Assembly (NCBI GenBank): GCA_965223425.1
Contig: OZ245003.1
Location: forward strand, 1,568,001-1,632,000
Reading direction: 5' to 3'
Source: Nitrosopumilus sp.
Lineage (GTDB): Archaea > Thermoproteota > Nitrososphaeria > Nitrososphaerales > Nitrosopumilaceae
DNA: 64,000 bases
Part shown: one piece after another, positions 9,080-18,419 of the stretch
How positions within the stretch are numbered: the first letter of the stretch is position 1
Layout: every line of letters begins with the position of its first letter
Notes under the pieces: model-generated
Told to the model about the DNA's origin: nothing
Seen by the model: the letters and a program-made list of their open reading frames with translations, nothing else
Databases searched by the model: none
Translations under genes and position numbers: made by a program

Positions 9080-9765
9080 AGAAAAAGAAAATTCAAAACA
9101 TCATAATTGTCGGAATTGCCATTAGCATTATTGGCGCAATTGCCTCATACAACTATTCAGTTGAGCAGACCAAACAAAAAGGCCTTCAATTCGGAATGGC
9201 ATTAGAACGAATTGAAAAAGATGTAAGCGATTTACAGACAAAATTTTATTCTGAAAAAAACAGTTGGCAAGAAGGGGACATTTCAAAAGAAAGACTGTTA
9301 GAATTTTATGAAATACATTTGAATGAGTTTAAAGAAATAATTTCCAAGTATGACGAATTAACACCGCCAGAATTATTCAAAAGTTCAGTGGTACTGTTAA
9401 AACTCTCGTCTGAAACTCAACTACAAAGTGACTCTGAATATATTGAATGGATAAAAACAGGAGATGAGTCAGCAAAAATAAGATCAGATACATTAATTCA
9501 AGAAGCTTATGAATATCAGAATTTGGGATTGGCTGAATTTCAATCAGCCAAAGCAGGTGTAAAACATTACGTTGGAGGGGAAAAGTTTGAAGAGCCACAG
9601 AGCATTTCATCACAAAAAGTCATACAAGTATCAGAAAACATGAAAAGCATGTGTGAAAAAGAATTTAGAAATGAGTCAGGAGGGTTTGACTCTGATCAAA
9701 CAGAAATTGATTGGTTTAATTGCGTGAATGAGGCCGAAGGATGGAAAACCGAACACCTGCCATAA
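9076..9765 (+). CDS. N-terminally anchored hypothetical protein
   Basis: basic N-terminus, TM helix, helical domain. Confidence 0.65.
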   Translation: MKKKKIQNIIIVGIAISIIGAIASYNYSVEQTKQKGLQFGMALERIEKDVSDLQTKFYSEKNSWQEGDISKERLLEFYEIHLNEFKEIISKYDELTPPELFKSSVVLLKLSSETQLQSDSEYIEWIKTGDESAKIRSDTLIQEAYEYQNLGLAEFQSAKAGVKHYVGGEKFEEPQSISSQKVIQVSENMKSMCEKEFRNESGGFDSDQTEIDWFNCVNEAEGWKTEHLP

Positions 9766-9814
9766 CATCAAGTATCAACAAAAACTTCTTTAAAGAACAT
9801 AACTCAAACCAATT

Positions 9815-10573
9815 ATGGAAAAATTTTTTATCATTGCAATGATTCTTGTTGGGTTTATGCCAATAGCATTTGGCGAAGTGTTGATTCAAAATGATCAACA
9901 GTATGTCGGAGACGATGGCACATTTCACGTTGTTGGCGAGATTAAAAATGACTTGGAAGCTCCATTAAGCCAGATTAGCGTTCATGTAACTATGTTTGAC
10001 GAAAATCAAAACCCAATTGTAACAAAAGAAACCAATTCCTTAGTCAACACAGTCATGCCAGGAATGAAGGCCCCATTTGATCTTGTTTTAGCAGATAGTA
10101 AAGCAGGAAACATTGAATCGTATTCGTTGGAATTAGATTACAAAGTTAGCCCTCCAAAAAATCAAGTCATAGATATCATAGAATCAGAGTTGACTAGAGA
10201 CAGTCACAATAATTTGATGATAACTGGAACTGTCACAAATAAAGGGGATATCACAGCTAACACGGTTGCAATAATTGCAACACTATACGACAAAGAAGGC
10301 AATGTTGCTGCAGTGTCTAGAGTTCACCCAGAACCAGACTATCTTAGGGTAGAAGATAATGCATTCTTTTTAGTGACAGTTCCAGATAAAATTCAAACTA
10401 ATGGCATCAATGATTTCACACTGATTGCAGAATCCGAAGAGTATGCAGCTGTTCCAGAATTTCCCATAGGCACGCTTGTTTTGCTGGCAGGTACTTTGTC
10501 TGCATACATTGGAATTACAAAGTGTTCAGGCAGAATCATAACAAACCTGATTTCTGCAACAAATCTAAAGTAG
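9815..10573 (+). CDS. secreted FxLYD-domain protein with PEF-CTERM sorting signal
   Basis: two G.I.N...(M/L)(F/Y)D repeats and a VPEFP + TM tail. Confidence 0.75.
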   Translation: MEKFFIIAMILVGFMPIAFGEVLIQNDQQYVGDDGTFHVVGEIKNDLEAPLSQISVHVTMFDENQNPIVTKETNSLVNTVMPGMKAPFDLVLADSKAGNIESYSLELDYKVSPPKNQVIDIIESELTRDSHNNLMITGTVTNKGDITANTVAIIATLYDKEGNVAAVSRVHPEPDYLRVEDNAFFLVTVPDKIQTNGINDFTLIAESEEYAAVPEFPIGTLVLLAGTLSAYIGITKCSGRIITNLISATNLK

Positions 10574-10997
10574 GAAAGATTTCCTCCATCAACTCTGTTT
10601 TTTCAAGGGGGATGGGTTTTGAAAACTTTACTTGAAAAGTAATTGTCAACATGTCCTGGTCAGTGTGAGAGATTCTAACAGAATGGACATGACGATCAGT
10701 TTGGGATAGGAAATTTTTCCATTTTTCTATATGTCCTGCTACACGAGCCACATTTTTTTCTACTGTAGAGATATCAGTATCCAAATCAGTATCAAATAAC
10801 CCAAATTTGACAAGAGGAACCATGATTACTCCGCCCAAAACTTTATCATGGTTTTGTAGCATTGTAGAAATAATTTTTTCATGATTTTCTTTAGGATAAA
10901 TATCTCCATAATCAGGATCAAAATATCCTGCAATCATTTTTTTAGAGTCATATATACGAAAAAAGTCTTCGTCAGATTCTAATTTCCACAACACCAT
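10536..10997 (-). CDS. conserved hypothetical protein
   Basis: 153-aa ORF with host-like composition. Confidence 0.6.
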   Translation of the reverse strand: MVLWKLESDEDFFRIYDSKKMIAGYFDPDYGDIYPKENHEKIISTMLQNHDKVLGGVIMVPLVKFGLFDTDLDTDISTVEKNVARVAGHIEKWKNFLSQTDRHVHSVRISHTDQDMLTITFQVKFSKPIPLEKTELMEEIFPTLDLLQKSGLL

Positions 10998-11077
10998 GAA
11001 AATAATTTATGAGTAAATAAACGATTAACCATCCGTTTTCACTAACTTTATTTATTAAAATCACAAAAACTAGGCAC

Positions 11078-12760
11078 ATGACAAAGGAAGAACATCAATA
11101 CAGAGTAATATCAAAGATGGATTGCAAAAAAATATCTAAAAAACTCAGATCCACAATTTTAGAGTTAAATGTAGGTGATGAGATCAGCGTAAAATCCTTT
11201 TTTGAGAAACATAAACAGGCACTTGATTTTAAAAATGACAGGACTGCCAGAAACAGAATCGCAAATGCGTTTAAAATAGCACATGTGGAAAACACGATTG
11301 AGAGAATAAATGACCCGGCCGCTCCCGAATGGTTCAAAAAACTGGATACTGTCTCTTTCTGGCAATTACAGCTTCGCGGCAGCAAGTTCAAAAACTCAGA
11401 TGGCACAAAAACCTCCACTACAAAAACACAGTACCTGTTCCATTTGTGGCATTTCAACAAATGGATATTGGAAAAAACATTCACAATAAACACACTTCAG
11501 GCAGGCAGTGGGGGCCATTTTTTACAAAAGACAGAGGCAAGAAAATTCAGGAATGTCGAGGAGGTTCTGAGGATTCTGGAACAGCCGTTTTTCGATCAGA
11601 AAAATGTAATCCGGATCATAAAGCAGTATCTCTTGGATGCTTCTCTGCATTCGCATAAAAAGGCATCATACATGGCTATAACCAAAAACGCAATCGTGTC
11701 ATACTTTGAGAAAAACGAGTACCCACTGAAAATCATGTTCAATCCAAAGGTACCATACAATACGGAAAGTGAGGACCAGAACATGTCCCTTTCAGACCTT
11801 ATGGAGTTTTTAACTACCGGAAAGCCGTCAATATTGGAAAAAACCGTATTCCTATGCAAGTTTCAAAGGGGACTGGATGTATCAACACTTGTTGACAGGT
11901 TCAACTATGAGGCATGGGAACAGGTTGCAAAATGGTTCGGTTCAGAGAACCATGACTCGTGGGATTTGGAAAAGTGTCCGGTGCCCGTATCCCTTGTTCG
12001 GATAAAGACAGACTACAAGCACGTTGGATTTTTGGACAGGGATGCAATTGAGATGTTGCAGAAATATCTGGATTACAGAAAAACAAAAACAGAAACAGAT
12101 ATGCAAAAAGGGGAACCGTTATTTCTGAATAAATTTAACAGGGCGATATCTGCTGGATGGATGTTTAATAGTTTCTCACGCATTGCAAAAAGGGCCGGAA
12201 TCCAAAAATTTACGGAAATCAATGGCAGAAAACAGTACAAGATGGACTCGCACGAACTGCGGGACCTGCTAAAATCCACACTGATTGATTCCGGGTGCAG
12301 AATTGATGTGGCAGACCACGTCATTGGCCACAAGCCAAGGGACTCGTATGAGAAGCAGGCAATACTGTACCCCGAAACCCTGAGAAGGGAGTACTCCAAG
12401 GCCTCAAAGAGGCTCAACATATTTACAAAGTTCACAAGTGTCGTGTCAGGAAATGATGATGCAGACGAGCTGGGGGTGGAACTGCGGGAGAAACTGTCGG
12501 AACTGGAGAAGATAAGGGAAGGCAGGCTTGATGAGGAGGCGGCAAGGTATCGCAGCGAAATGGTTGCAGCAGAGCAGAAGAGGCAGATGGGGGGCCTCCT
12601 GGATACGGTAAACGAGCTCAAATCACAGATTGATTCCATGAAAAATGGCGGCCCCAAAAAACTAGAGTTTTGCTGCATTGACTGCAGTACCGTACATGGA
12701 AAACAAGAGTGTCCTTCCTGCGGTTCCATGATGAAGAGGATTTACGAGTCTTCTTCATGA
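11078..12760 (+). CDS. tyrosine recombinase/integrase with C-terminal coiled coil and Zn ribbon
   Basis: RIKT, HELR (HxxR), HVIGH, SYE catalytic Tyr; CIDC...CPSC tail. Confidence 0.9.
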   Translation: MTKEEHQYRVISKMDCKKISKKLRSTILELNVGDEISVKSFFEKHKQALDFKNDRTARNRIANAFKIAHVENTIERINDPAAPEWFKKLDTVSFWQLQLRGSKFKNSDGTKTSTTKTQYLFHLWHFNKWILEKTFTINTLQAGSGGHFLQKTEARKFRNVEEVLRILEQPFFDQKNVIRIIKQYLLDASLHSHKKASYMAITKNAIVSYFEKNEYPLKIMFNPKVPYNTESEDQNMSLSDLMEFLTTGKPSILEKTVFLCKFQRGLDVSTLVDRFNYEAWEQVAKWFGSENHDSWDLEKCPVPVSLVRIKTDYKHVGFLDRDAIEMLQKYLDYRKTKTETDMQKGEPLFLNKFNRAISAGWMFNSFSRIAKRAGIQKFTEINGRKQYKMDSHELRDLLKSTLIDSGCRIDVADHVIGHKPRDSYEKQAILYPETLRREYSKASKRLNIFTKFTSVVSGNDDADELGVELREKLSELEKIREGRLDEEAARYRSEMVAAEQKRQMGGLLDTVNELKSQIDSMKNGGPKKLEFCCIDCSTVHGKQECPSCGSMMKRIYESSS

Positions 12761-12918
12761 TATTGCCGGTGCGGCTTTTTCTTCCTTGATAGGAGATATC
12801 CATAGCATCCGTTGCAGAGTTTCTCACCGTCCCTTGATGCAGTCAGTTTTGATTTTTTCTGCCCTTTGCACCTGGCGCAGACAAACTCGACTGGCGTATC
12901 ATGGCGTATCAGCTTCAT
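12742..12918 (-). CDS. small Zn-finger protein (58 aa, below ORF-track cutoff)
   Basis: MKLIRHDTPVEFVCARCKGQKKSKLTASRDGEKLCNGCYGYLLS...; CxxC/CxxC. Confidence 0.6.
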   Translation of the reverse strand: MKLIRHDTPVEFVCARCKGQKKSKLTASRDGEKLCNGCYGYLLSRKKKPHRQYHEEDS

Positions 12919-13057
12919 TGGTGGCAGTTGATCATGATATGGTATATGACTTGTTGTGACGCCAGTTCCAAATAATGCGATTCCTGCCTAAACAGTGCCG
13001 TTAAATCCGCATTAGAAAATGAAAAAAATATTAGTGGATTTTTAATGGAGTGGGATT

Positions 13058-13384
13058 ATGGAGCCTGACTGTTATTCTGGCATGGCAACTGACCTGTTAA
13101 ACGCAGGAATGGGAGATGTCGGCAGACTGGAGTTTATACTCAAATGCATCAAAAATCAAAAGCCCTTGTACAACACTGACAAGTCATATCTGACACGAAA
13201 ACACCTGGAACTTGAAACAAAACTGGAGACATTGTCAGGGAATAAAAAACCCGGGATCGCAACACCTGAAAGCGAGTCAGACAGGATTGTGGACCGGGCA
13301 CTGTCCAGGGGAAAACATACTGGGACTGCCAGGCTTCCGGACAAGAAGGGTTCGTTTCTTGTAAGGCTGTTTGGCAGAAGATGA
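13058..13384 (+). CDS. hypothetical protein
   Basis: 108-aa ORF with ATG start. Confidence 0.6.
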   Translation: MEPDCYSGMATDLLNAGMGDVGRLEFILKCIKNQKPLYNTDKSYLTRKHLELETKLETLSGNKKPGIATPESESDRIVDRALSRGKHTGTARLPDKKGSFLVRLFGRR

Positions 13385-13396
13385 CAAAAAATCCTG

Positions 13397-13837
13397 TCAG
13401 CAAAAGGACTCTATCTGTTTTTCATTCAAATGCTCGCAGATCCGTTTTTTGCAGTCATCCTGATTTTCATAAGAGATGATTTTTGCCCCGTGCTTTTCCA
13501 GCAGTCCCAGAATAAATCGGGATGGCTGGCTTGCAACGTCATACACGCATATGACGTCCTTTCCGTCCTGAATGGCCATTGCAATCTCGGCACCCATTCC
13601 AGTTGAGGGCTCGTCGATGACTGCCAGTATCTTGTCGGAGCTCTCCAAATTTTTAAAGTCCATCTCAAAAACCTGGCTGAATGACAGCTGGGTGTGGACT
13701 GCCGGGTCGCTTTTCTTGTGTGGGAGATAAGGCTCGTGTCCGCATTCTGCGCAGACTGATCCAAGCCATTCATAAAACTCGTAAATTTTTTTCCTGTCCG
13801 ATACGACCTTCAGGGCCCCGGAAATGTATATCTTCAT
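13397..13837 (-). CDS. nucleoside 2-deoxyribosyltransferase / nucleotide N-hydrolase (Rcl/MilB-like)
   Basis: KIYISGAL, D..NLESSD, PSTGMGAEI motifs. Confidence 0.8.
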   Translation of the reverse strand: MKIYISGALKVVSDRKKIYEFYEWLGSVCAECGHEPYLPHKKSDPAVHTQLSFSQVFEMDFKNLESSDKILAVIDEPSTGMGAEIAMAIQDGKDVICVYDVASQPSRFILGLLEKHGAKIISYENQDDCKKRICEHLNEKQIESFC

Positions 13838-13956
13838 AATGGGTATCGGCCGTCTGAATATAATAGTTTTTTTGTGGTTTTTGTCATTGGCCGTTTGATG
13901 TAATTTGCTGGCATGTCTTTTTTCTCCGCAAAAGGATGTCCGTTCTATTTGTAGTT

Positions 13957-15555
13957 CTATCTTGTAATCCTTTCCTCAAAGACATCGGGGTGAATTATGT
14001 GCAGCCTGCCGCCCGTAATTTCATTTATCTCATCTGAAAATAATATAATGTCCCCGTCTCCCGTTAGCAGGATCACCCTTTCGTTTTCTGCCTTTCTCAT
14101 CGCATATGCAATTATCCTCATGTCGTTTTTTGCCTTTACAAACAGTCCTTGGAGGGCCTCCTTTCTTAGTTCGACATTAAGGTGTGGAATATCGGCCAGA
14201 TGTCTCTCATCCCTCTTTTCCTTCAATGGGAGATCATTGTGTCCTTTTTTGCTCAGTATGTCCCACACGTCACCTGCCTTCATTCTGAGCCATTCTCCTG
14301 CCTCTGATGAATTGTAGTCGCTTATGAGGTAGGAGTACATGTCGTTTAACAGCTTTAGATTCTTATCGTCGTCTTTTGCCATTTTTTCGAGAACATGGTC
14401 ATATAGATCCCGGTCCTCCTCTGTCTTGGCTGTTGCGGGTTCCGGATATTTGTATTCCTTCCAGACCTCCGGTGGTATGTCCACCATGTTGAGGTGCTCT
14501 TCCATAAATTTGAAAGTTGCAGATCGACAGAGCTGTGGAAATTCCCTGCCTTTTCTGCGCGCTACAAAATCAATCAGAACATTGGCATCAACCATTATGC
14601 GCTTGCCGTATACCGTATCTAAACTGTGTGTGCCGTGCGGTTCTTTATTCGGCGTTCCCTGTGATGAGGACTGCTCGTAGTGAGTTCTTTGTGGATTGGT
14701 GTTCTGCTCCCGTGCCGGTTTGTAAGGCGTTCTGTGGTAGCCTGAGTATTGTGGATAATTCTGAGGAGGGTAGTATACTTGCACTGGATATGGAATATGT
14801 CCTCCACCCCCTCCAACTTTGCCGTATCTTTTTATTCTCCTGTAAACCAGTAGGATAATTTTAATCAGAATTATGGGGAATGATATCATTATGATTATTA
14901 TGAGGATTACGGTGAAGCCTGACCGCTGTGATTCGGTCTCAAACATTATTTCAAGAAATGACACATAGGTATCAAAGGCGTTCTGCAGGTGAACAATTGC
15001 GATGTCTTGGGCCGTATCTGCGTAGCTGCCCACCATGTCCGTGACAGGCTCTGTTGACTCGAGAAATTGGTTGAAGAGATATGTCCTTTCTCCTTCTTCT
15101 TCCTGTTGATGTCCTGCCGGTGATGCCGGACTGTCGACATAGAACGTTGCGGTTCCCACCTCGCCTCCAAGCTCCGTATACACCAGCACCTTGTATTCTC
15201 CTGCGGGTTCTGCACTCTGTCCAAATACCGTGTATGCCGCACTTGACTTCCACAGGTCATTGCGATAGTCCTCCACAAGCAGGTTTGTCTCCTTGACTAT
15301 TTCCCCGTCGTGGGTGACAGTCATGAAATAGTGGCCGTCAGACGGGTTGTAGTTTTCAATTATAACTCCGATCTGCATCACCCTCTCATTATTCTCAAGG
15401 TGCAGCGTGTCCCCGCCTGGAAAATCCACAGTGATTCTCGTATCCTCGTATGCATGTGCGGCACTGCCGTCCAAGTACGGAAGCATCATAGTAGAAGCTG
15501 CCGCAATGAAAATGAGGGACATAATACTGCCGGCGGCCGGGTCAGTGCGACACAT
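13957..15555 (-). CDS. single-pass membrane protein with extracellular domain and cytoplasmic PIN domain
   Basis: signal peptide, beta-rich ectodomain, TM (FTVILIIIIMISFPIILIKIILLVYRRIKR), PIN motifs MVDANVLI / EVWKE / NDMRII / LLTGDGD. Confidence 0.7.
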   Translation of the reverse strand: MCRTDPAAGSIMSLIFIAAASTMMLPYLDGSAAHAYEDTRITVDFPGGDTLHLENNERVMQIGVIIENYNPSDGHYFMTVTHDGEIVKETNLLVEDYRNDLWKSSAAYTVFGQSAEPAGEYKVLVYTELGGEVGTATFYVDSPASPAGHQQEEEGERTYLFNQFLESTEPVTDMVGSYADTAQDIAIVHLQNAFDTYVSFLEIMFETESQRSGFTVILIIIIMISFPIILIKIILLVYRRIKRYGKVGGGGGHIPYPVQVYYPPQNYPQYSGYHRTPYKPAREQNTNPQRTHYEQSSSQGTPNKEPHGTHSLDTVYGKRIMVDANVLIDFVARRKGREFPQLCRSATFKFMEEHLNMVDIPPEVWKEYKYPEPATAKTEEDRDLYDHVLEKMAKDDDKNLKLLNDMYSYLISDYNSSEAGEWLRMKAGDVWDILSKKGHNDLPLKEKRDERHLADIPHLNVELRKEALQGLFVKAKNDMRIIAYAMRKAENERVILLTGDGDIILFSDEINEITGGRLHIIHPDVFEERITR

Positions 15556-15758
15556 GCATTGTGTATTGTGGCAAGTATGTTTTAACCCATGCGATCATGC
15601 GACGGCCTATTCCAAAGGACTGTCATAATGTGAGATTTATGACTGGTTTTATGGGGCGTGGAGACGACCCGACTCTGGGATAGTGGCCACTAAATTACAA
15701 ATCCTGGATTTGGAAAAAAACTCATTTGACAGTCGGCTTTTGTGCGATTGAATTGAGG

Positions 15759-15859
15759 GGAATGAGAGGCCAACCGAAAATGATTTGTTCAGAATGCAAG
15801 CTCGTATGTGCTTACCGTCTCATCCCCATTTTTCTATATCTTAGCTAAACTTGAATTTT
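15759..15859 (-). repeat. structured ~100-bp repeat, copy A (candidate ncRNA plus promoter)
   Basis: homologous to 17235-17333; terminal stem pairs with G-U only on the minus strand. Confidence 0.75.
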
Positions 15860-15875
15860 ATGAAATTGTCCGGCT

Positions 15876-16559
15876 CTATTCTTGAATACCTCTCAACTTT
15901 TTGAGGTTATCTTCCACTTTGTTCGGATACATTACCCACAACATGTCTCCTGTTATCTTTTTCATGTACCAGTCAAGTGTGGTGTGATCTCCGTCGTTTG
16001 ATATGAAGAACACATTGCATTTTTTTGCAAGTACGGCCGCCTGTGCAAGTAATAATGTGTCCCTTCCGCTGCGGGCAGATTTCTTCAACTTGCTTAACCG
16101 TTCCCTTTTCTCTGATGCCGAACATGTCACGTACGTTCCAAGTCCTTTTTTGACAAGCCAGTCGTGTGATTCCCTTCTGTCCGGATTGTTTGCCATCCAT
16201 AGTTGACGTTTTTGTATCTTGTCAAGTTCTTCTGCATGATTGCCTATCTTGTTTTCATAGTTTTCAAACCCGTCTTTTTGCAGTCCCTCATGTAGTTTGT
16301 CCATGGCCTCTTTTGTTTTATCTTCAAACATTGCCGTCCTTTTCCTGCTTGACGGGGTGTTTTTATTGCACATTATCAGTCGTCTTTCTACCTGGCTTGC
16401 ACTGGTCTTAAAGAATACCTTCCTTTCATTTTTTAACAATGTTTTTCTTAGACGGAGTACCAGCTCCTCTTCGGCTTCCTCCCTTTCGTCTCGTATATTC
16501 TGCAATCCAAAATAATACAATAGCGTGCTTGTGTCAAATGTTATGAGCAGTTCCTTCAT
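15876..16559 (-). CDS. PIN-domain protein
   Basis: ITFDTSTLL, RDTLLLAQA, FISNDGDH. Confidence 0.7.
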   Translation of the reverse strand: MKELLITFDTSTLLYYFGLQNIRDEREEAEEELVLRLRKTLLKNERKVFFKTSASQVERRLIMCNKNTPSSRKRTAMFEDKTKEAMDKLHEGLQKDGFENYENKIGNHAEELDKIQKRQLWMANNPDRRESHDWLVKKGLGTYVTCSASEKRERLSKLKKSARSGRDTLLLAQAAVLAKKCNVFFISNDGDHTTLDWYMKKITGDMLWVMYPNKVEDNLKKLRGIQE

Positions 16560-16565
16560 TTCGGG

Positions 16566-16943
16566 TCAGACCCTCGATGGATGACGCTTTAACCCATTTG
16601 TTATCAGTATCTTTTGTACATCCGGAATCTTCCATGCGTACTGTACGCGTATGCAGTCTGGTTCCTCGCAACAGTTGCACCATGAGTTTTTTCCTTTCTT
16701 AAAGTATATGGACATAATTCTGCCAATCTTGTCCAGCCCGTCATCAAGTATTTTCACATGATCATCATGCATGTTGATGTGCGTCAACCGTTCTGAATAT
16801 TCCCGAACCAATTTTTTTATCACATCTGTAACGAATTGACTCTTGTTTTGCAATCTGAAATTTTTCACACATTCCGAATCCGAGATTTTTTCAATCGAGT
16901 CCGGTAACGATTTCGGTATTTTTTCCGTTTCCAATTCTGCCAT
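16566..16943 (-). CDS. ribbon-helix-helix-like regulator with C-terminal Cys cluster
   Basis: IPKSLPDSIEK...NKSQFVTDVIKKLV; WCNCCEEPDCI. Confidence 0.6.
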   Translation of the reverse strand: MAELETEKIPKSLPDSIEKISDSECVKNFRLQNKSQFVTDVIKKLVREYSERLTHINMHDDHVKILDDGLDKIGRIMSIYFKKGKNSWCNCCEEPDCIRVQYAWKIPDVQKILITNGLKRHPSRV

Positions 16944-17234
16944 ATGTTAAATTTTACACATATGTTATTAATTTTGCATGTTTTCAGGCTGTGAAGTTAT
17001 GGGAATATGGACATGAAATACGGATCTTCACACAATCACAGATTTCTTAATGTGGTTTGGACTGATTTTGAATCTGAAGACGCATCAAATCCTGTCTTTT
17101 TGGCATCTGATCCTTTGGCCCAAATGACCATTTACAATCAAGGACGACTGGTTGACGATCTGTTTTTATCGATCTAAACCGTAATTTACGGTACTATGAT
17201 TTACAAATTTCTGGTTTTTAAGGAAAATTCTGAT

Positions 17235-17333
17235 GGAATGAGAGGCCACGAAAATGATTTGCTTAGAATGCACACTCGTATGTACTTACCATCTCATTCC
17301 AAATTTGCTGTATATTAGCTAAACTTGAATTTT
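17235..17333 (-). repeat. structured ~100-bp repeat, copy B
   Basis: ggaatgaga...tctcattcc stem and conserved ttagctaaacttgaatttt flank. Confidence 0.75.
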
Positions 17334-17480
17334 GCGATCAAAGTCAACTTTTTATATTTGTCAGTCCTTATAGAGTCTGCTTAGAATTGTCACACGAGAA
17401 AAAATCGTATGTATGGGAAGTAATAGCTTGCAAATCAAGAAAGCATGGTGATATTTGGCATGCCGATAATTACATGATTG

Positions 17481-17581
17481 AATTTGTAGCGGCCGCAAGT
17501 CTTCCTCTCTGGGCACTGTTGTTCCAGGGAGTGATGATGGTCTGACTCTGGAACAACATCCATTAAAAATTACAAATTACA
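17481..17581 (+). ncRNA. K-loop (box C/D motif) hairpin; possible H/ACA-like or leader RNA
   Basis: 13-bp stem 17517-17558 capped by GTGATGA-tggt-CTGA; outer aatttgta/tacaaatt stem followed by ACA. Confidence 0.55.
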
Positions 17582-17645
17582 ACTTTGATTTTCGTTCTCC
17601 GTCCCTCGAAAATGTGTCCGCATGTAGAGTGGAGGTCGGCACATA

Positions 17646-17840
17646 ATGGCCTCACAAAAAAGCCACATACGGCACAGTTCCTGCGGAATTGTTCTCAACA
17701 AGCTTTACTTCGTCCTATACAACCCCAAGCGAAAGGGCGGCGAGACAACTTTCTGTCAGGAGTGGATGTGGTGCAACAAATGCCGTCACCCAGTCAAAAT
17801 CAACCAGTCTGATCCGCTAACAGAGGAGATAACAAATTGA
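17646..17840 (+). CDS. small Zn-finger protein
   Basis: HSSC...CNKC; overlaps the next gene. Confidence 0.55.
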   Translation: MASQKSHIRHSSCGIVLNKLYFVLYNPKRKGGETTFCQEWMWCNKCRHPVKINQSDPLTEEITN

Positions 17841-18109
17841 TGATTCAGCCAGTAACACGCTGTTGTAAAAACAACCCAGAGTATGAGATAACGTATCCAA
17901 CAAGTGACGCAAATAAAACACAGATTGTCCGCGTGTGCAACTCCTGTTTCCACCTTGAGAAAAAATCCAAAAACTATCCGGACAGGCTGATAAAACCGTT
18001 CCGGCGCGGGGCAAAAATCATACTATGCACAAAGTGCGGAACGGACATCAAAAGGGCCGGCCGGTGCAAAAAGTGCCATCCAAAAAAGCAGGGAGAAGAC
18101 CAGAGATGA
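17837..18109 (+). CDS. small Zn-finger protein
   Basis: CC, CNSC, CTKC, CKKC. Confidence 0.6.
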   Translation: MMIQPVTRCCKNNPEYEITYPTSDANKTQIVRVCNSCFHLEKKSKNYPDRLIKPFRRGAKIILCTKCGTDIKRAGRCKKCHPKKQGEDQR

Positions 18110-18419
18110 CTGCCCTTAGAGCAATAATTAAAAACAAGAACGGACACGGGCACCATTATTTTCAAATAAGGCCCAGGCAAACGCGGGACGTTGCAAACGA
18201 GACGCCCCAAAGATGGTCCTGCTGGTGCGGAGAGATAGTAGAGGAGGTAGTCTAAATGAATGAGATATTATTGGAATTTCATGAGCTGAAGGAAATTGCG
18301 AACTATCTGAAAATAGCTGTCCGAAAAGGCAACACAACATCCCCGAAAATACAGGCAGTTGTGTCCCTCATGGAGAGCGGCAGGAATCCAGTCTGCAAAA
18401 TTTCAGTGGAGGAGAAGAA

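Noticed and set aside
17235-17300. Pyrrolysine/amber tRNA (CTA in a loop on the minus strand)
   Set aside because: No cloverleaf or T arm, and copy A has CTG at that position.
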